In this document: in pieces, positions 22,728 through 36,213 of the stretch
Layout: each line of letters opens with the position of its first letter
Position numbering within the stretch: the first letter of the stretch is position 1
Assembly: GCA_951406725.2 (NCBI GenBank)
Contig: OX597824.1
Location: 84,630,001 to 84,694,000, forward strand
DNA from: Octopus vulgaris
Taxonomy: Eukaryota
Direction: 5' to 3'
Length of the DNA: 64,000 bases
Notes under the pieces: generated by a model
Databases searched by the model: none
What the model was told of the DNA's origin: nothing
What the model saw: only the letters and a program-made list of their open reading frames with translations
Program-made: the position numbers and the translations under genes

Positions 22728-24116
22728 TAAATGTTCTAAGCTCCAACTTTGGGTGGTGGTTGTATTATTTTACCTCTTTGCTCTGTGGCAATCTTCTTCA
22801 ATGATTTTTCACTAGCTTGAAGGCTATTTTCTGCAACAAATCTCTCTGACCTCTTTGCTGGTTGACTGAGAGGAGAGGTCAACAGGTTCAATTGCCATGA
22901 AGAGTGAAGCACCTAATATTTCCATCTCTTACCCTTTGTTTAAGACAGAGACAGAGAGAAAGAGAGGATGGGGGGAGGAGATAGACAGACAGACAGAGGC
23001 ACAGATAAAGAGAAAGGGTGTTGTCACTTCAGCTGAATGTTGGTGGTTATCTGATAACCTATTAATCTCAGTCATGCATGTTCTTGCAGTAAGTTAAATA
23101 AAACATTGGAAACCAAAACCAAACCAAGACAATACAAAACAAAACAAAAATGTAAAAACAAAGATAAGGCTTATGTTTATTTTTTATTTTTTATTTATTA
23201 GTTTTATAGTATTTTTTTTATTAAAAATTTTATTTTTGTTAACACATGTACAGAATCGTGTTTAACCAAATTTCTGTCGCTGGCTGAATGGATTGATGCT
23301 TAAATTACATCATAACCACACAATACACACACAATAAAGAAATGTAAAAAAAAAAAAAAAATGTAAATAACAAAACAAACATAATCATTTGAAAAATTAA
23401 GTTAGTATAACACACATTTGTTTTCGCAGCAATTAACTTGTTGGAAAAATTGTTGCTGGAGATGTTTGTATAAGGCTAATTTTTACAAGGAAGATTAAAA
23501 GTCGTAGCAGTAACAGCAGTAGTGACACCAACAGGAAACATTATGAACAGGAACAACTTACTGAAGAAAGATCAATGGTTGCAAAAAAAAAAGAAAAAAA
23601 AAAAAAATCAGATGTCTTAAATTAGATGTGAGAGACACATACAATCCATAACTGCCCAGGGAATGAATTTCATACAATTAACATATGATTAATTAATTAT
23701 ATATATTTTTGTTTCCTTATTGTACAAAAACAATTATGTTGTCGACTCTGTCTTCAAAAAACAGAAAGAAAAAAAAAAACTGTTGAAAACGTTTTAAATT
23801 AATATTTACAGGTAATTTGGAGATGGTGATGCGAGACTCGTTAAGAGCATCGCTGTTTTGGTATGTACACAACCAACCATACAGTGAAGAGTTGACTGAG
23901 GCACAAAGCCAAGCTGATTCCATAAGGAGTGGGAGCGGGGAAGGAGTAGGTCAAAATCCCTAGATAAACGGCAAGGTTCAATCTGGCATAACTTTGAATG
24001 CAGAACAATGAAGAACGGAACAAAATCCAATTCAAATCTCTACCTTTGCTAAATAAGGACAGCAATAAACATGACGACAATAAAAATAAGAAGAATTTTA
24101 TATTCTTATATTCTGC

Positions 24117-24400
24117 ATGATATCAGAGAGGATATTAGAGATGAAAATAATTGATAAATATCAGGACCTAGTCAGAGAGATGAAGAAATTGTGGAAGAAG
24201 ACAATTGTTCCTGTGGTAACTGGTGCCCTCAGCCCGACATCCAAAATGATACCTAAGAGACTGAAGGATATTGGAATGGGGATTTGCATTGTTGACCTGC
24301 AGAAAAATACCATCTTATATTCTGCCAGAATCCTAAGAAGGGTTTTTTTTTAGTTTTAAAGGGACTTGTTGCCACCTAACCCCAAGACAACATTCCTGCT
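24117..24400 (+). mobile_element. 3' end of an R4/Dong-like RLE LINE
   Basis: KIIDKYQDLVREMKKLW..IVPVVTGAL...LQK.TIL.SARILRRV is the typical R4-clade RLE C-terminus. Confidence 0.75.
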
Positions 24401-25400
24401 AATTAATAGGTATAATTTTAATTGTTTCTAATATAGATACAAGACCAGAAATTTGGAGAGATTAAAAGCAAAGTTGAGCTTGGCTGGATTTGAACTCAGA
24501 TTTAAACTAAAGAATTGTAACTAAATACCACAAGGTATTTTGTCCAACTTTCAAGTGAGCCTGCCAATCCATAGTCCTTCATAATAACAACAATTTCTTG
24601 TACAGTATAATTATGATCAAACCAATGGAATCCTAGACTTACAGCCAATATAGTTATTGTCAGATTAATTATTTCAAGTTAATCCACCAAAGGGACCCTT
24701 GTTAAACAAACAGTAGGGACATTTGTTAGCTAAAATTTTCCATATTTAATTTTACTGTATTGATTGATTTGCAAAGGTGTTTTAATCATCCCACATAGGA
24801 ATTAACAGTAATTTCTGCATTAATTCCTTAATTACAGTATTTTGAAATGATCTTTAAAACAAAGATCATTTATGTAATTTTTATGTTTCAAAGACCACAG
24901 AGCAATTTTTGAAACACATTTTGGAGATAGTTTTGAAGAGCAATTCAAAGATTATCAGCATTTCTATTAAACTTCAGTTTTGACTTAAAGCTGCCTTGAT
25001 ATGATCTGGAAGAAGGCCCTATGCAAAATGATAACAGCAATAAGTCTTGACTTCAAGACAGTGCAAACAAGAAAAGCACTAGACAGCAATACCAAGTGTG
25101 CAGTGAACATGGATGATCAGTTGCTGGATTGGGTTGAGATGCAATAAAAATCTGAGACAAGGTTGCATGTTATCTCCAGTGAAACATACTCAATTTTGTG
25201 ATGGTGGAACTCAAAAACTTATATGAAAAGTCTGCCAATCAGATGTCCTCTCCACAGGCATTAAATATGCTGCTGACATAAAAACTGATATCTATAGTCT
25301 TTGGAAAACTGAAACTATTCTCTAAGCAGTTAAACAAACCATGTAAAAAAGAAGTAGGACATGAAAATAACCGGAGTGAAGTGCGAGTGCTAATCACCAA

Positions 25401-25572
25401 CAGTGCTCTGCAACCTTTTTTCACTTGTGGTACACTTATATTCTTTTCAAAATTTAATGGCACACCTAAACTAAAAATAGAACTAAAAGCATAGGGGAAA
25501 AATTATATTCAAGTTACACTGTGGCACACCTAGCACTGTTTCATGACACGGCATACCGGTTGCAGAGTACTG
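25401..25572. mobile_element. hAT-like MITE
   Basis: TIRs CAGTGCTCTGCAACC / GGTTGCAGAGTACTG; no 8-bp TSD recognisable. Confidence 0.6.
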
Positions 25573-25599
25573 ACCTAGAATCTAGTAATAATAGATGGT

Positions 25600-26180
25600 T
25601 CTGAAGTAGATGTCACAAAGTTTGTGTTTCTTAATAGTATAGTATCAAATGGATCACACATCTTCAAAATGAGTTTACAGCATTTGGAGGACCAAGAAAT
25701 GTGTAGCAGCAGTAATATTTTACTGGATAATCTAAACCCAGAAATGTGACTTATACCTTAACTTCATAGTCATTTCACTGCTAGTATATCAACTATTGAT
25801 TCAAAGTTACACTATACAATGCCCACATTCTCACACTTGCAACCTACGTTTCAATAGCATGGACCCTAAAATCTGAAGATAGACAAAAACTAGAAGAATT
25901 TGAAATGTGGTATTTACAGTCTTATCAAAGTAATAAGGAGAATGAGACTGAAATAGTTAGGACATGTGGTAAGAAAGCCACCAAATTACTATGAACCGTT
26001 GATATTCCACCGAGATTTCTCATAAACCAGACTATGTGGTTAGACCACCAAAGAAGTGGGCTTTTCAGTTTCATGAAGACACAGGGTTACCCCTTGCAAC
26101 TGCAGCCAGCAGAGCATCTGGTTGAAGAGGGTGGTAGTAGTGCAGCTGGTATGAGAAAAAGACCGAGCAACTAAATCAAG
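25600..26180 (+). mobile_element. Decayed RTE-clade LINE 3' fragment
   Basis: WTLKSEDRQKLEEFEMWYL at ~25859-25915 resembles the RTE/BovB WT...D..K...FEMW motif; frames broken. Confidence 0.55.
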
Positions 26181-28437
26181 TAATATACAATTCTCAAATA
26201 CAGTAAAATGTCAATCTTGATAAAATTGAAGTGATATAACACATGGAAAATCTCACATGTATGCAGATATATATATGCATGTATGTGTACATTATATATA
26301 TATATATATATATATACATTTACATATAGTAAGAGCTTTCTAAAGTAGTAACAGTAATATTTTGCAGGATAAAGCTAATCGAAAATCTTCTTATCTCCTT
26401 TTTTCAACAGTTTTAAATAGGAAGTCTTAAGCTCAACATAATCTTTTTTCTCATAATAAGGACACACGGAACGCTTCTAATGCATGCTCGTGTATGCTTG
26501 TATGGATGTGCATATTTGAGTGCAGTATGATGTGGATTATTCATGAAGACGGTAAGGATAAGTAATAATCAAACACTGTCTTTGAAGATGGAGCGTATAG
26601 GGATGTATGCAATGGTATGTGTCGTGCTTAAACGTTTACATTAACAAAGATTGGAAACATATACTTACAATATCAATTTGCTGTTTCTTGTGCTCTTATA
26701 CACAATGTGGGGAAACACACACAGCAACAAATGAAATACAAAAACGATTTGGGATGCAATATTTGGAATGTTAAATGTGACAATCTGAACATGAGGCTGA
26801 ATGGGGATGAAAGAGTAGTAGTAGTAGTGCTAGTAGTAGGGAGCAGAGAAAATTCTGTGGAATATACTGAAATGATCATTCCTCCATGCCAATCTTCAAA
26901 ACTGTTGTCACAGTTTGTCATCACCTTGTTAAGGTGGAGATAAAAATAGGAACATCACAGACAAGTTTGCTTCCTAATAGATAGAATAAAAAAAAAAACA
27001 AAAAAAAAAAAACAGTTTGTCCCTATTATTCTCCATCACAGATATTTAGGGAGTCATTTAGCAGCAACTCTTTAGATTCAAAACAAGTTTGAATGAAATA
27101 ATTTAAAACTATATATATATATATACACTCGTAGTAAATTGTGTTTTATGTGCGAATGTGAGAGTGAGACAGTGATAGAGTGAGATGTATATAATCTAAG
27201 ATGTATCATCTCAGAAACACGTTTTATAGAGAGGAAGAAAGAGAAGGGTTTAGAATCAGCATTAGCTGCACTTAACTGCAGCGTTGAACATGTTTCACAA
27301 CAAATCATTGCAGCTTAAGTAACTAGGATTGGTACAGGATTCAACTGGAGAGGCTGATGTTAATTATAAGATTGTGGTTCATGAGAAAATGCAAGTCAAT
27401 ATAAGAACGTTTCTTTGACAGCACCAACAGAAGATATTAGAAATTGGTAAAATAGAAAATGAAAGAGAGAAAGAGAGAGAGAAAAAGAGAGAAAGACCAC
27501 TGAAAAATCTCTAAATCTCTGCAGTTGGTTTTCATTTGCATTTTTATCAGAAATTTATATAAATTGATAAGATAGTGAAGAAGAATTAATAACTGGAAAA
27601 TAAATATGTCTGTATAATAATGAATAAGCAGTTAACTGAACAAAGAGACATGCCAGAAAGATATTGGGTGAAATTGCTGATGGATTCAAAACGACTACAG
27701 ACGTTGCCAAAGCATTTGAAAAAGGCAAAAGTAAAATTCAGATTAATCGTATGTAAAACAGATAACGAAATGTATTTGTTAACCCAAAAAAACATTATAT
27801 GTCTTTTTTTTTCCATTTTTTTTTCTTTTTCTTTTTGTAACTGCTTTAATTATATCTCTTTTCCCAGCTAGCATGAGTAGAATTGTTTACAAATTGCTAC
27901 ATTTATATCTTATACAGACATACATATATATGTATGTATGTGTGTGTATATACACACACACACACACACACACAGAAACACACGAATATATTTAGACAAT
28001 TGTAAGGCATCACCTGCTTAATAAAACAAATACCAACCTCTGCATCTATAAGACACTGAATACTTTCTTGGAATCATGGTTTCCTCAGCCAATGATCAAG
28101 GTACATAATGAATGCGTGTGTGGCCCAGTGGTTAGGGTGTTGCACACATGATTGCAAAGATTGTGGTTTCAATTCCTGGACAGTGTGGTACATTGTGTTC
28201 TTGATCAAAACACTTCATCTCACATTGCCCTGCAATCACTTCTACATTTTATGTATACCACATTGTGCACCTGTACAGGCAATTTGATGGAAGGTGTGAG
28301 CTAATAATGTACAGCACAAACAGTTGATCCTTAAAAGCAAGTCATTTGTGCAGGTTGTGCAGCAAGACACTGCACATGCACAACAGGAAAGCCCACTATA
28401 GATATACATTTAGAATATGCATTTATGTATGTATATA

Positions 28438-28487
<50 letters not shown>

Positions 28488-28488
<1 letters not shown>

Positions 28489-28670
28489 GGGTTAAGGCTA
28501 TCATTGGTTTCATGTTAAAGGAAGTCAAGCCTTCTACATAGAACATTGGTGTTCATCTCCATTTTGGATTAAAGCACTAAAATGGAGATGAACACCAATG
28601 TTCGATGTGACAGGCTTGAGGATTGCCGAGGGATTTCCCTTAACATGAAACCAATGGTATCCTTCATCCA
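28488..28670. repeat. Foldback (hairpin) element, ~180 bp
   Basis: Perfect 25-bp stem 28541-28565/28579-28603 plus outer imperfect arms containing CATTGGTTTCATGTTAA / TTAACATGAAACCAATG. Confidence 0.85.
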
Positions 28671-29855
28671 TAAATAAAGAACACACAATATTAATGCAGT
28701 TGATTCTACAGCTTGATGCGCTTTCCATCACTAATTATTCTGTGGTTTATACCTCAACTTCAGAGTTGAGGTGATGAAATTTTTCATGATGGAAAATTTC
28801 TATTTTATTTTTGTAAGGTTTAGGTATTTGAATAAAAATCTATAAAAATGACAAAAAAATAATAAATAAATATAAAAGACATAGATTTAACTGAAAAATC
28901 AAGAAAAATTAAATATTTTAAATTGTTTCAAATGTTTCAGAACTAAAATATTAATTCCTTATTAAGAATTTGTATCCATTCATTCTTGAAGTACTACGAA
29001 ATATAAAGTTAATTGTTAATTTCAGTAAAGTCTAAAATATATTTTCTTTTCATAGAAATCTTATATTAAAACTTAGAGAAATGTTTCTCCAGAAATTGCC
29101 ACATCAATCCAGAAAAACATTTTTTCTTTTTAATAAATCCTAGCTTCGGAAATAATCCTCATTCAAGCTACTTAAATGTTTAAATCTTCATCAAACTGCA
29201 GATGGAAAACTATATTATGATGCCAGTCTAAGTGTATGACATTTCAGATAAAATTAAAATGCAGGGATTTAAAAATATTGAGGAGAATTATGATAGACAG
29301 ATGCCTATGAATATGTTTATGAGTAAATGTGAATATGTGTCAATGAAAATGTGCAAGAGTGCATGTTAAAAGATAGAGGCAAAATGTTAAAGGATAAAAA
29401 TTTACATTATCAGCTCTAAAGATGTTTCCTTGTGGCAAAGTTGGGAAAATTAAACAGACAGTCTATGGCTAAATGTAAATGCAATGAAGTGGTACAACAT
29501 ACATCAGGTGAGAGATGCTAACCTTGTTAGAGAGAAGGAGTACATTAGCAGAAGAAGACAAACTTTGTTTTATGTTGGTGTCAACTGAAAGAGAGAGAGA
29601 GAGAGCTAATAAGGTGTTCTACCTACACTTTTAAGATGCACAGAAACTAGTTTCATAGAGTATAATGTGCAGCATATATTTCTAGGCTCTGGGCTTTATA
29701 ACTTTGACATCTTATCACAAACAGAAAAGATGTAAATGGTATGAATAAAGAAATAATGCATTGTTCTATGACTGAACACACTAAATTAGATGTGAAGAAA
29801 AGCCCAGACGTAATTGACGAAGAGGTAGTCGATAGGAGGTAGACCAGGAACAAAA

Positions 29856-29894
<39 letters not shown>

Positions 29895-29968
29895 GACAGT
29901 TTTCACTGGAAGTGCATGTGTGTTATGTTTCTCACGCTCATTACAAAAAAAAAAAAAAACAGCATCTG

Positions 29969-30169
29969 TTAGACGAGTAGTTCTTCCATCAGTGAGATCA
30001 GGTTGTCCAAACCAAACAAATAGCCGTCTTCGTGGTTTCCTTCAACCCATTTGTTGCGATGATTTGTCACAATGTTCTTAGGGAGCGGTGTCGTCTTGCC
30101 AAAGTCGATGAGCCAGACTCCTGTTTTGCCCAAACTATTGTGAACGAAAAGCAACGAGCTGCCAATGAC
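29969..30169 (-). CDS. IP3K: Inositol-trisphosphate 3-kinase, last coding exon
   Basis: [26 protein letters not shown]...[20 protein letters not shown]; SSLL and IDFG motifs; AG acceptor at 30170-30171; 201 nt, phase 0. Confidence 0.95.
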   Translation of the reverse strand, partial: VIGSSLLFVHNSLGKTGVWLIDFGKTTPLPKNIVTNHRNKWVEGNHEDGYLFGLDNLISLMEELLV

Positions 30170-30316
30170 CTGAAGAGAAGATAAAACGAATTTTAGTTAT
30201 ATGACAAAAGATCAAAGCTGTTTAAAGTAAATCGCTGCTACCACCCTCTTCATCATTTTACATCTGCTTTCCATGTTGGCATGGGTTGGTCAGAACATCA
30301 CAGTCCAATTCATTTA

Positions 30317-30550
30317 CCTATTTCTTTATTACCCACAAGGGGCTAGACATAAAGAGGACAAACAAGGACAGACAAAGGTATTAAGTTGATTACATCAACC
30401 CCAGTACACAACTGGTACTTATTTAATTGACCTCGAAAGGATGAAAGGCAAAGTCGACCTCGGCAGAATTTGAACTCAGAACGTAGCGACAGACGAAATA
30501 CTGCTGAGCATTTTGCCCGGTGTGCTAACGTTTCTGCCAGCTCACCGCCT
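30317..30550 (-). mobile_element. SINE family A with TSD AATTCATTTACC
   Basis: Homology to family A plus flanking direct repeat. Confidence 0.85.
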
Positions 30551-31689
30551 AATTCATTTACCATTTGGAGCTACAGTTCTCAAAGACTAGGTGCTTGTAC
30601 AATATATCATTTGGCTAAGTTTCTATGGCTGGATGCCCTTCCTAAAAGCTAACAACTTTACAGAGTGTACTGAGTGCACTTTTTCATGGCACAAACACTA
30701 GAAAGGTTGAATAGTCCTTGGTGACACAGGACTACAGAGATCTCAGGACTTGTACTTTCTCTGTTCATTTGGCTAATTACTTTACAGCATGAACAATAGA
30801 CAATGGGGGCCTTGTACACAGTAAATGTATGTTTGGAAAGGGAACAACGATGACAGAAGGGCCAGAATTGGTTATTAGAGAGGGGAGGATGGAGGAGTAA
30901 ATGTAAGTGAAGAGAGTCTTCAATAAAATAGGACATGTATATTTGCACATGTGAGGACCAAGGAGGGGAATGAAAACTTCTAACCACACAGCCACACCTG
31001 CACCCATATATTCAAGATTTTCCTTTCTAGCACTGGGCCCTCTCGAGTATCATTCCTGTACACTGGAGTTATGAAACTACAAATTGATTTCTAGTTACAA
31101 TGAAATCACAGATTGATTTTTCAATATCAATGTTGAGAGTTGATGTTAGACAACAAATTGAATGGGAGACGAATAGTTTCATTGATTTGTTTGTCTCTAC
31201 ATCCATTTCCTCATTAACATCGGTTAGACGATTATATTACTGAGGCATTGTTTTACAACCGGTTGTCCTTCCTGTCGATGACTCTTACTTGTTTTTCAAG
31301 TAACAGATCTCTTATTTCACACATGTTTGAAGGTGTAAAGACAGCAGATTATTTGTTGACAGAAGAAATGTTACAAACGTCTCTGCATATAGCGGCTTCA
31401 TTTTCAGAGAAATACAACAGTAAACAAACATACACACACATGATGGGCTTCTTTCAGTTTCCATCTATCAAATCCACTCACAAGGCTTAATACACACACA
31501 CACATTTTATATATTTCTTGTTAGTTGGAGTAAAATGAAATATTCAGCTTTCAAAGTAGTTCTCATTCCATAATATATATAGAAAATATTGAGTTTTAAT
31601 TTTACATATTTATTTATGCAGCTATCTTGTCAAATGTAACTAGACTTTCTGTCAAAATATCTGAAGCCTGATCACTTCACTTCCACACA

Positions 31690-32055
31690 CGCCAGCTTAA
31701 TTTAATTTGTCCTTAGTTGAAAGACACCTGTTGTTATGTCCTGTTATTTGCATTTCTCCATTATTTTTCCGTCCTTGTTTTCGTATACGTTTGCTGCTTT
31801 CTTCCAAGGAATCTAGTGCTCTTAGCATAGTTTTTCCTTGGGGCAGGCCAGATTGGAGCAATCTAGTGTATAACCAGCCGAAATTGCAAAGATAATCTGG
31901 AACTCGACTGAGGAAAGAAAACTTTGAATGACCCGTTTGTGTTTTTTCTTGTCCCTTTTTTGTATCAACTGTCTGGATGTTTTGTTGTCCCTTTTTTGTA
32001 TTATCTAGCTGTCTGGATATTTTGTGTTCTTGTCCCATTTTTTGTATTCCTTTAT
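31690..32055. repeat. Unclassified interspersed repeat (family E); inverted copy at ~58735-59060 and fragment at ~4170-4265
   Basis: Shared TTTTCGTATAC.TTTGCT.CTTTCTTCCAA.GAATCTAGTGCTCT...ATCTGGAACTCGACTGA segment. Confidence 0.7.
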
Positions 32056-32080
32056 ATATATATATATATATATATATACA

Positions 32081-32270
32081 TGCAGGTGGCACATAAAAAG
32101 CACCCACTACACTCACGGAGTGGTTGGCATTAGGAAGGGTATCCAGTTGTAGAAACACTGCCAGATCAGACTGGGCCTGGCACAGCCTTCTGGCTTCCCA
32201 GACCCCAGCTGAACCATCCAACCCATGCTAGCATGGAAAATGGACGTTAAACGATGATGATGATGATGAT
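32081..32270 (+). mobile_element. SINE family C 3' part with (GAT)n tail
   Basis: GGCATTAGGAAGGG.ATCCAG central block (Nin/Deu-domain-like) and CCAACCCATGCTAGCATGGAAA..GGACGTTAAACGATGATG tail. Confidence 0.82.
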
Positions 32271-32497
32271 GTATATGAAAGAGAGGAAAACAAAGAATAA
32301 AAAAGACAATGAGACACTATTATAATCTTTGGACAGGATGATAAAAAATACCCAGTTGAGATTGAAACTTGCAATACATTGGTACAGTAGCGCATGGCCT
32401 CATATACAATACTATGTATGACTGGATGGCATGTTGAATCAATAGAGATGGGGGTTGGGGCTGGAGAGATTTGAAGTAATTTCTGAACTTTCATTAC

Positions 32498-32569
32498 CTC
32501 ATGATCTTTAAATAGCTTGGAATTCTCAACTGCAGGTCGTATCTCCTTCAGTCGACTGACATACTGAGA
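32498..32569 (-). CDS. IP3K: IP3 3-kinase exon
   Basis: SQYVSRLKEIRPAVENSKLFKDHE; 72 nt, AG/GT boundaries, phase 0-0; HE joins VIGSSLL. Confidence 0.9.
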
Positions 32570-32710
32570 CTGCAAAGAAACAGGAAGACGACAATGAGTG
32601 AACATACAATAAAAAACAGGGATGCATATGTAAATTATATGTAAATATCAGTAGTAGTAGTAGTAACACTGGAGGGAATTCTGACAGCTTGCCACCCTTA
32701 TACAATTTCA

Positions 32711-33171
32711 GTGCCGGTGGCACATAAGAAAACCATCCGAACGGGACCGTAGCCAGTACCGCATCGACTGGCCTCCGTGCCATGGGCACGTAACAAACAC
32801 CATCCGATCGTAGCCGTTCGCCAGCCTCGTCTGGCACCTGTGTCGGTGGCACATAAGAAAAACACCGAAAACACCATATCCGAGCGTGGCCGTCTGCCAG
32901 CCTCATCTAGCACCTGTGTCGGTGGCACATAAAAAACACCATCCGAGCGTGGCCGTCTGCCAGCCTCGTCTGGCACCTGTGTCGGTGGCACATAAAATCA
33001 CCCACTACACTCTCGGAGTGGTTGGCGTTAGGAAGGGCATCCAGCTGTAGAAACACTGCCAGATCTGACTGGCCTGGTGTAGCCTTCGGGTTTGCCAGAC
33101 CCAGTTGAACCGTCCAACCCATGCTAGCATGGAAAGCGGACGTTAAACGATGATGATGATGATGATGATGA
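32711..33171 (+). mobile_element. SINE family C with ~5 upstream ~53-65-bp tandem units
   Basis: Repeated GTG(C/T)CGGTGGCACATAA..ACCATCCGA units followed by the family C body and (GAT)n. Confidence 0.82.
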
Positions 33172-33214
33172 TTCTATTGAGTTGAGTAAAATCAAAATCA
33201 AGTCACACTCACAT

Positions 33215-33652
33215 GGAAATTGTAGTTGTGGCCGATGCCAGTGCCACCTGACTGGCTCCTGTGCTGGTGGCACACAATAAGCACCATGCATGCATGGGTC
33301 ATTGCCAGTGCTGCCTGACGGGCTCCCCGTGCTGGTGGCACATAAAACGCACCATCTGAACATGGTCAATGCCAGTCTCCCCATCCCGACTGGCTCCTGT
33401 GCCAGTAGCATGTAAAAAGCACCATCCGAACGTGGTCAATGCCAGTTCCACCTAACTGGCTCCCATGCCGGTAGCACATAAAAAGCTCCCACTACACTCT
33501 CTGAGTGGTTGGCATTAGGAAGGGCATCCAGCTGGAGAAACACTGCCAGATCGGATTGGAGCCTGGTGCGACCTCCTGGCTTGCCAGTTCCCAATCAAAC
33601 TGACCAACCCATGCCAGCACGGAAAACGGACACTAAACGATGATGATGATGA
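33215..33652 (+). mobile_element. SINE family C with tandem units
   Basis: As above. Confidence 0.8.
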
Positions 33653-34115
33653 TTGGCATGGATAGATCAGTAAACAATGCATCATCTCACCAAATTCCTC
33701 CATCAGTGAAGTTCAATGACTTCAGATCCACCTTAACTGCTCAAGTCAATCATTGTAGTGATACCATAGTTACTTTCCATTATCAATTCTTTATCCCACC
33801 CCTTCCCTGCATACTTCATCTGTTTGCATTATAAATTAAGACTGACCAATGTTTCTGCATAATTTTCTTTTTGATTGATGGTTTTGATGCCCAGTTTGAT
33901 AACATCTGAAAATGTCTGTTATTATCTTTTTTTGCTTTCGCTTCTCTATACTGACATTTAGAATGCATGTAGCTCTTCTGATTGCTAAAAACTATCAGAT
34001 AACCAACCTCTTGCGTTGTTGGATCCAACACCATCCATATCAACTTTACAATACTAAAAATACGGCATTACAGCCAGAGATTCAGAAGATAGTTTGTTTT
34101 ATCTTGTATGTAGTG

Positions 34116-34700
<585 letters not shown>

Positions 34701-34914
34701 TGTGTGTGTATGGGTATGCCTGTTATATTTCCATAGGAAAAAGAAAGAAAGAAAGGAGAGGAAGACAAATAAGTCATTGATGACGTAAATGTTATTTGAT
34801 AGTGTAACAACCGAAAGTTAGAAAAACAATTAACTTCATTTTGCATCCTCCCTCCTATTAATATTGTGCTGACCAATCTTAACAACCCATTATCTTCGGC
34901 ACATTTATACTTAC

Positions 34915-35016
34915 CATGATGGCTTTATTGTGGCTAGTAAAGTCCTGGAAGACTTCTTGCACCTGTTCCCAAGTTCGAGTACGTTTGAAATCCTTGCTGG
35001 AGACGCCGTTAGAATT
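34915..35016 (-). CDS. IP3K: IP3 3-kinase exon
   Basis: [34 protein letters not shown]; 102 nt, TAG/GTAAGT boundaries, phase 0-0. Confidence 0.9.
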
Positions 35017-35497
35017 CTAGTGAGAAAAATGGTAGTGAATGAATTTTTACTGAAAGCTGCAAGTAAGATGTAAAAAGGTCAGATGAATCATTATAAATAG
35101 ATTCAAATTTGTAGTGCCTCCAACACCAGCATCCGATACCACAGTTAATTATTATCGTCAGAAGTTGTGGCGAAAATCACAAAAGGTCACATACTTAAGT
35201 CTGCAAGGAGATATTTATGTTGTGTAGTAAACTGGATTTCTGACATTATGGTCCATAATTGTTATTCTTCTGGTTTGCTTTGAATAAAATGCTCAATCTG
35301 TTAGCAATATTTGCTAGGGTGTGTATGTATTTCAGATGACTGTATCATATCTGTTGTTTGCATTTGGTAGAAGTTTGATTGAAGCATTTTACTGATATTC
35401 TTTGCATTAGAACATGCAGACCTAGTCTGTTCCAGTGACATTTCTGAAATTTACCCCAGAAAGCAGAAAGCAAACCTTTATTATTTGTGTGTTATGT

Positions 35498-35561
<64 letters not shown>

Positions 35562-36039
35562 AATAATCAGTGAAATATCAGGAGGTATGACAAATGAAAA
35601 TATTTCTTTAAACACATGATATCCTTACTTAGGATTACAGTCATTCCGCAGCCTTCTTCATGTAGTAATAATTTCAGTGTGGAATAAAATTCTTCTTCTT
35701 CATCATCATCATCATCATATGAATGTATGTACGTATGCATGTATATAGTTGGCTGTTTCTCATGTTTAAGTATTTCAATTTCTCCCTGTTGAAAGAAATA
35801 TTGGCAGGAAGAACTGGTAATGGTTTGGATTTGTTGAAGATAAATTTCAATTTGCCAGGGAACGATTCACACACTCCAAGATGAGACAGGCAATATCAAG
35901 AGATGAAATTATAAGAGACTGTCGCTGGCACAGTTATAGTCAAAAGGGACACCTTGTTAATTAGTCCATTTGGTGTTGCTTTGCTCCATCAGTTCAAATG
36001 TTATTCAAATCAATCGTTGTTGTTGTTGACATCTGTTTG

Positions 36040-36213
36040 CTCCACACTTAGGTTCTCGAAGAGGAATTTGGTCGTGTTCAGTCTGGGTTCTCTTCTTTGA
36101 CCTTACCGTCATGGGTGGCCCTACCAGGAGTACTAGACTCCAGACGGCATCGCTCTCAGAGTCATTGGACCACACAAGCCCTCCACCACGCCAAGGAACG
36201 ACCATCGGAGGGT
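36040..36213 (-). mobile_element. 5' UTR fragment of an RTE-clade LINE with an HDV-like double-pseudoknot candidate at 36160-36213
   Basis: CCTTGGCGTGGTGGAGGGCTTGTGTGGTCCAATGACTCTGAGAGCGATGCCG...CCTGGTAGGGCCACCCATG resembles RTE 5' ends. Confidence 0.55.

Noticed and set aside
32711-32998. CRISPR-like regularly spaced palindromic repeats
   Set aside because: The intervening sequences are homologous to each other rather than unique spacers, there are no cas genes, and the array is part of a eukaryotic SINE.
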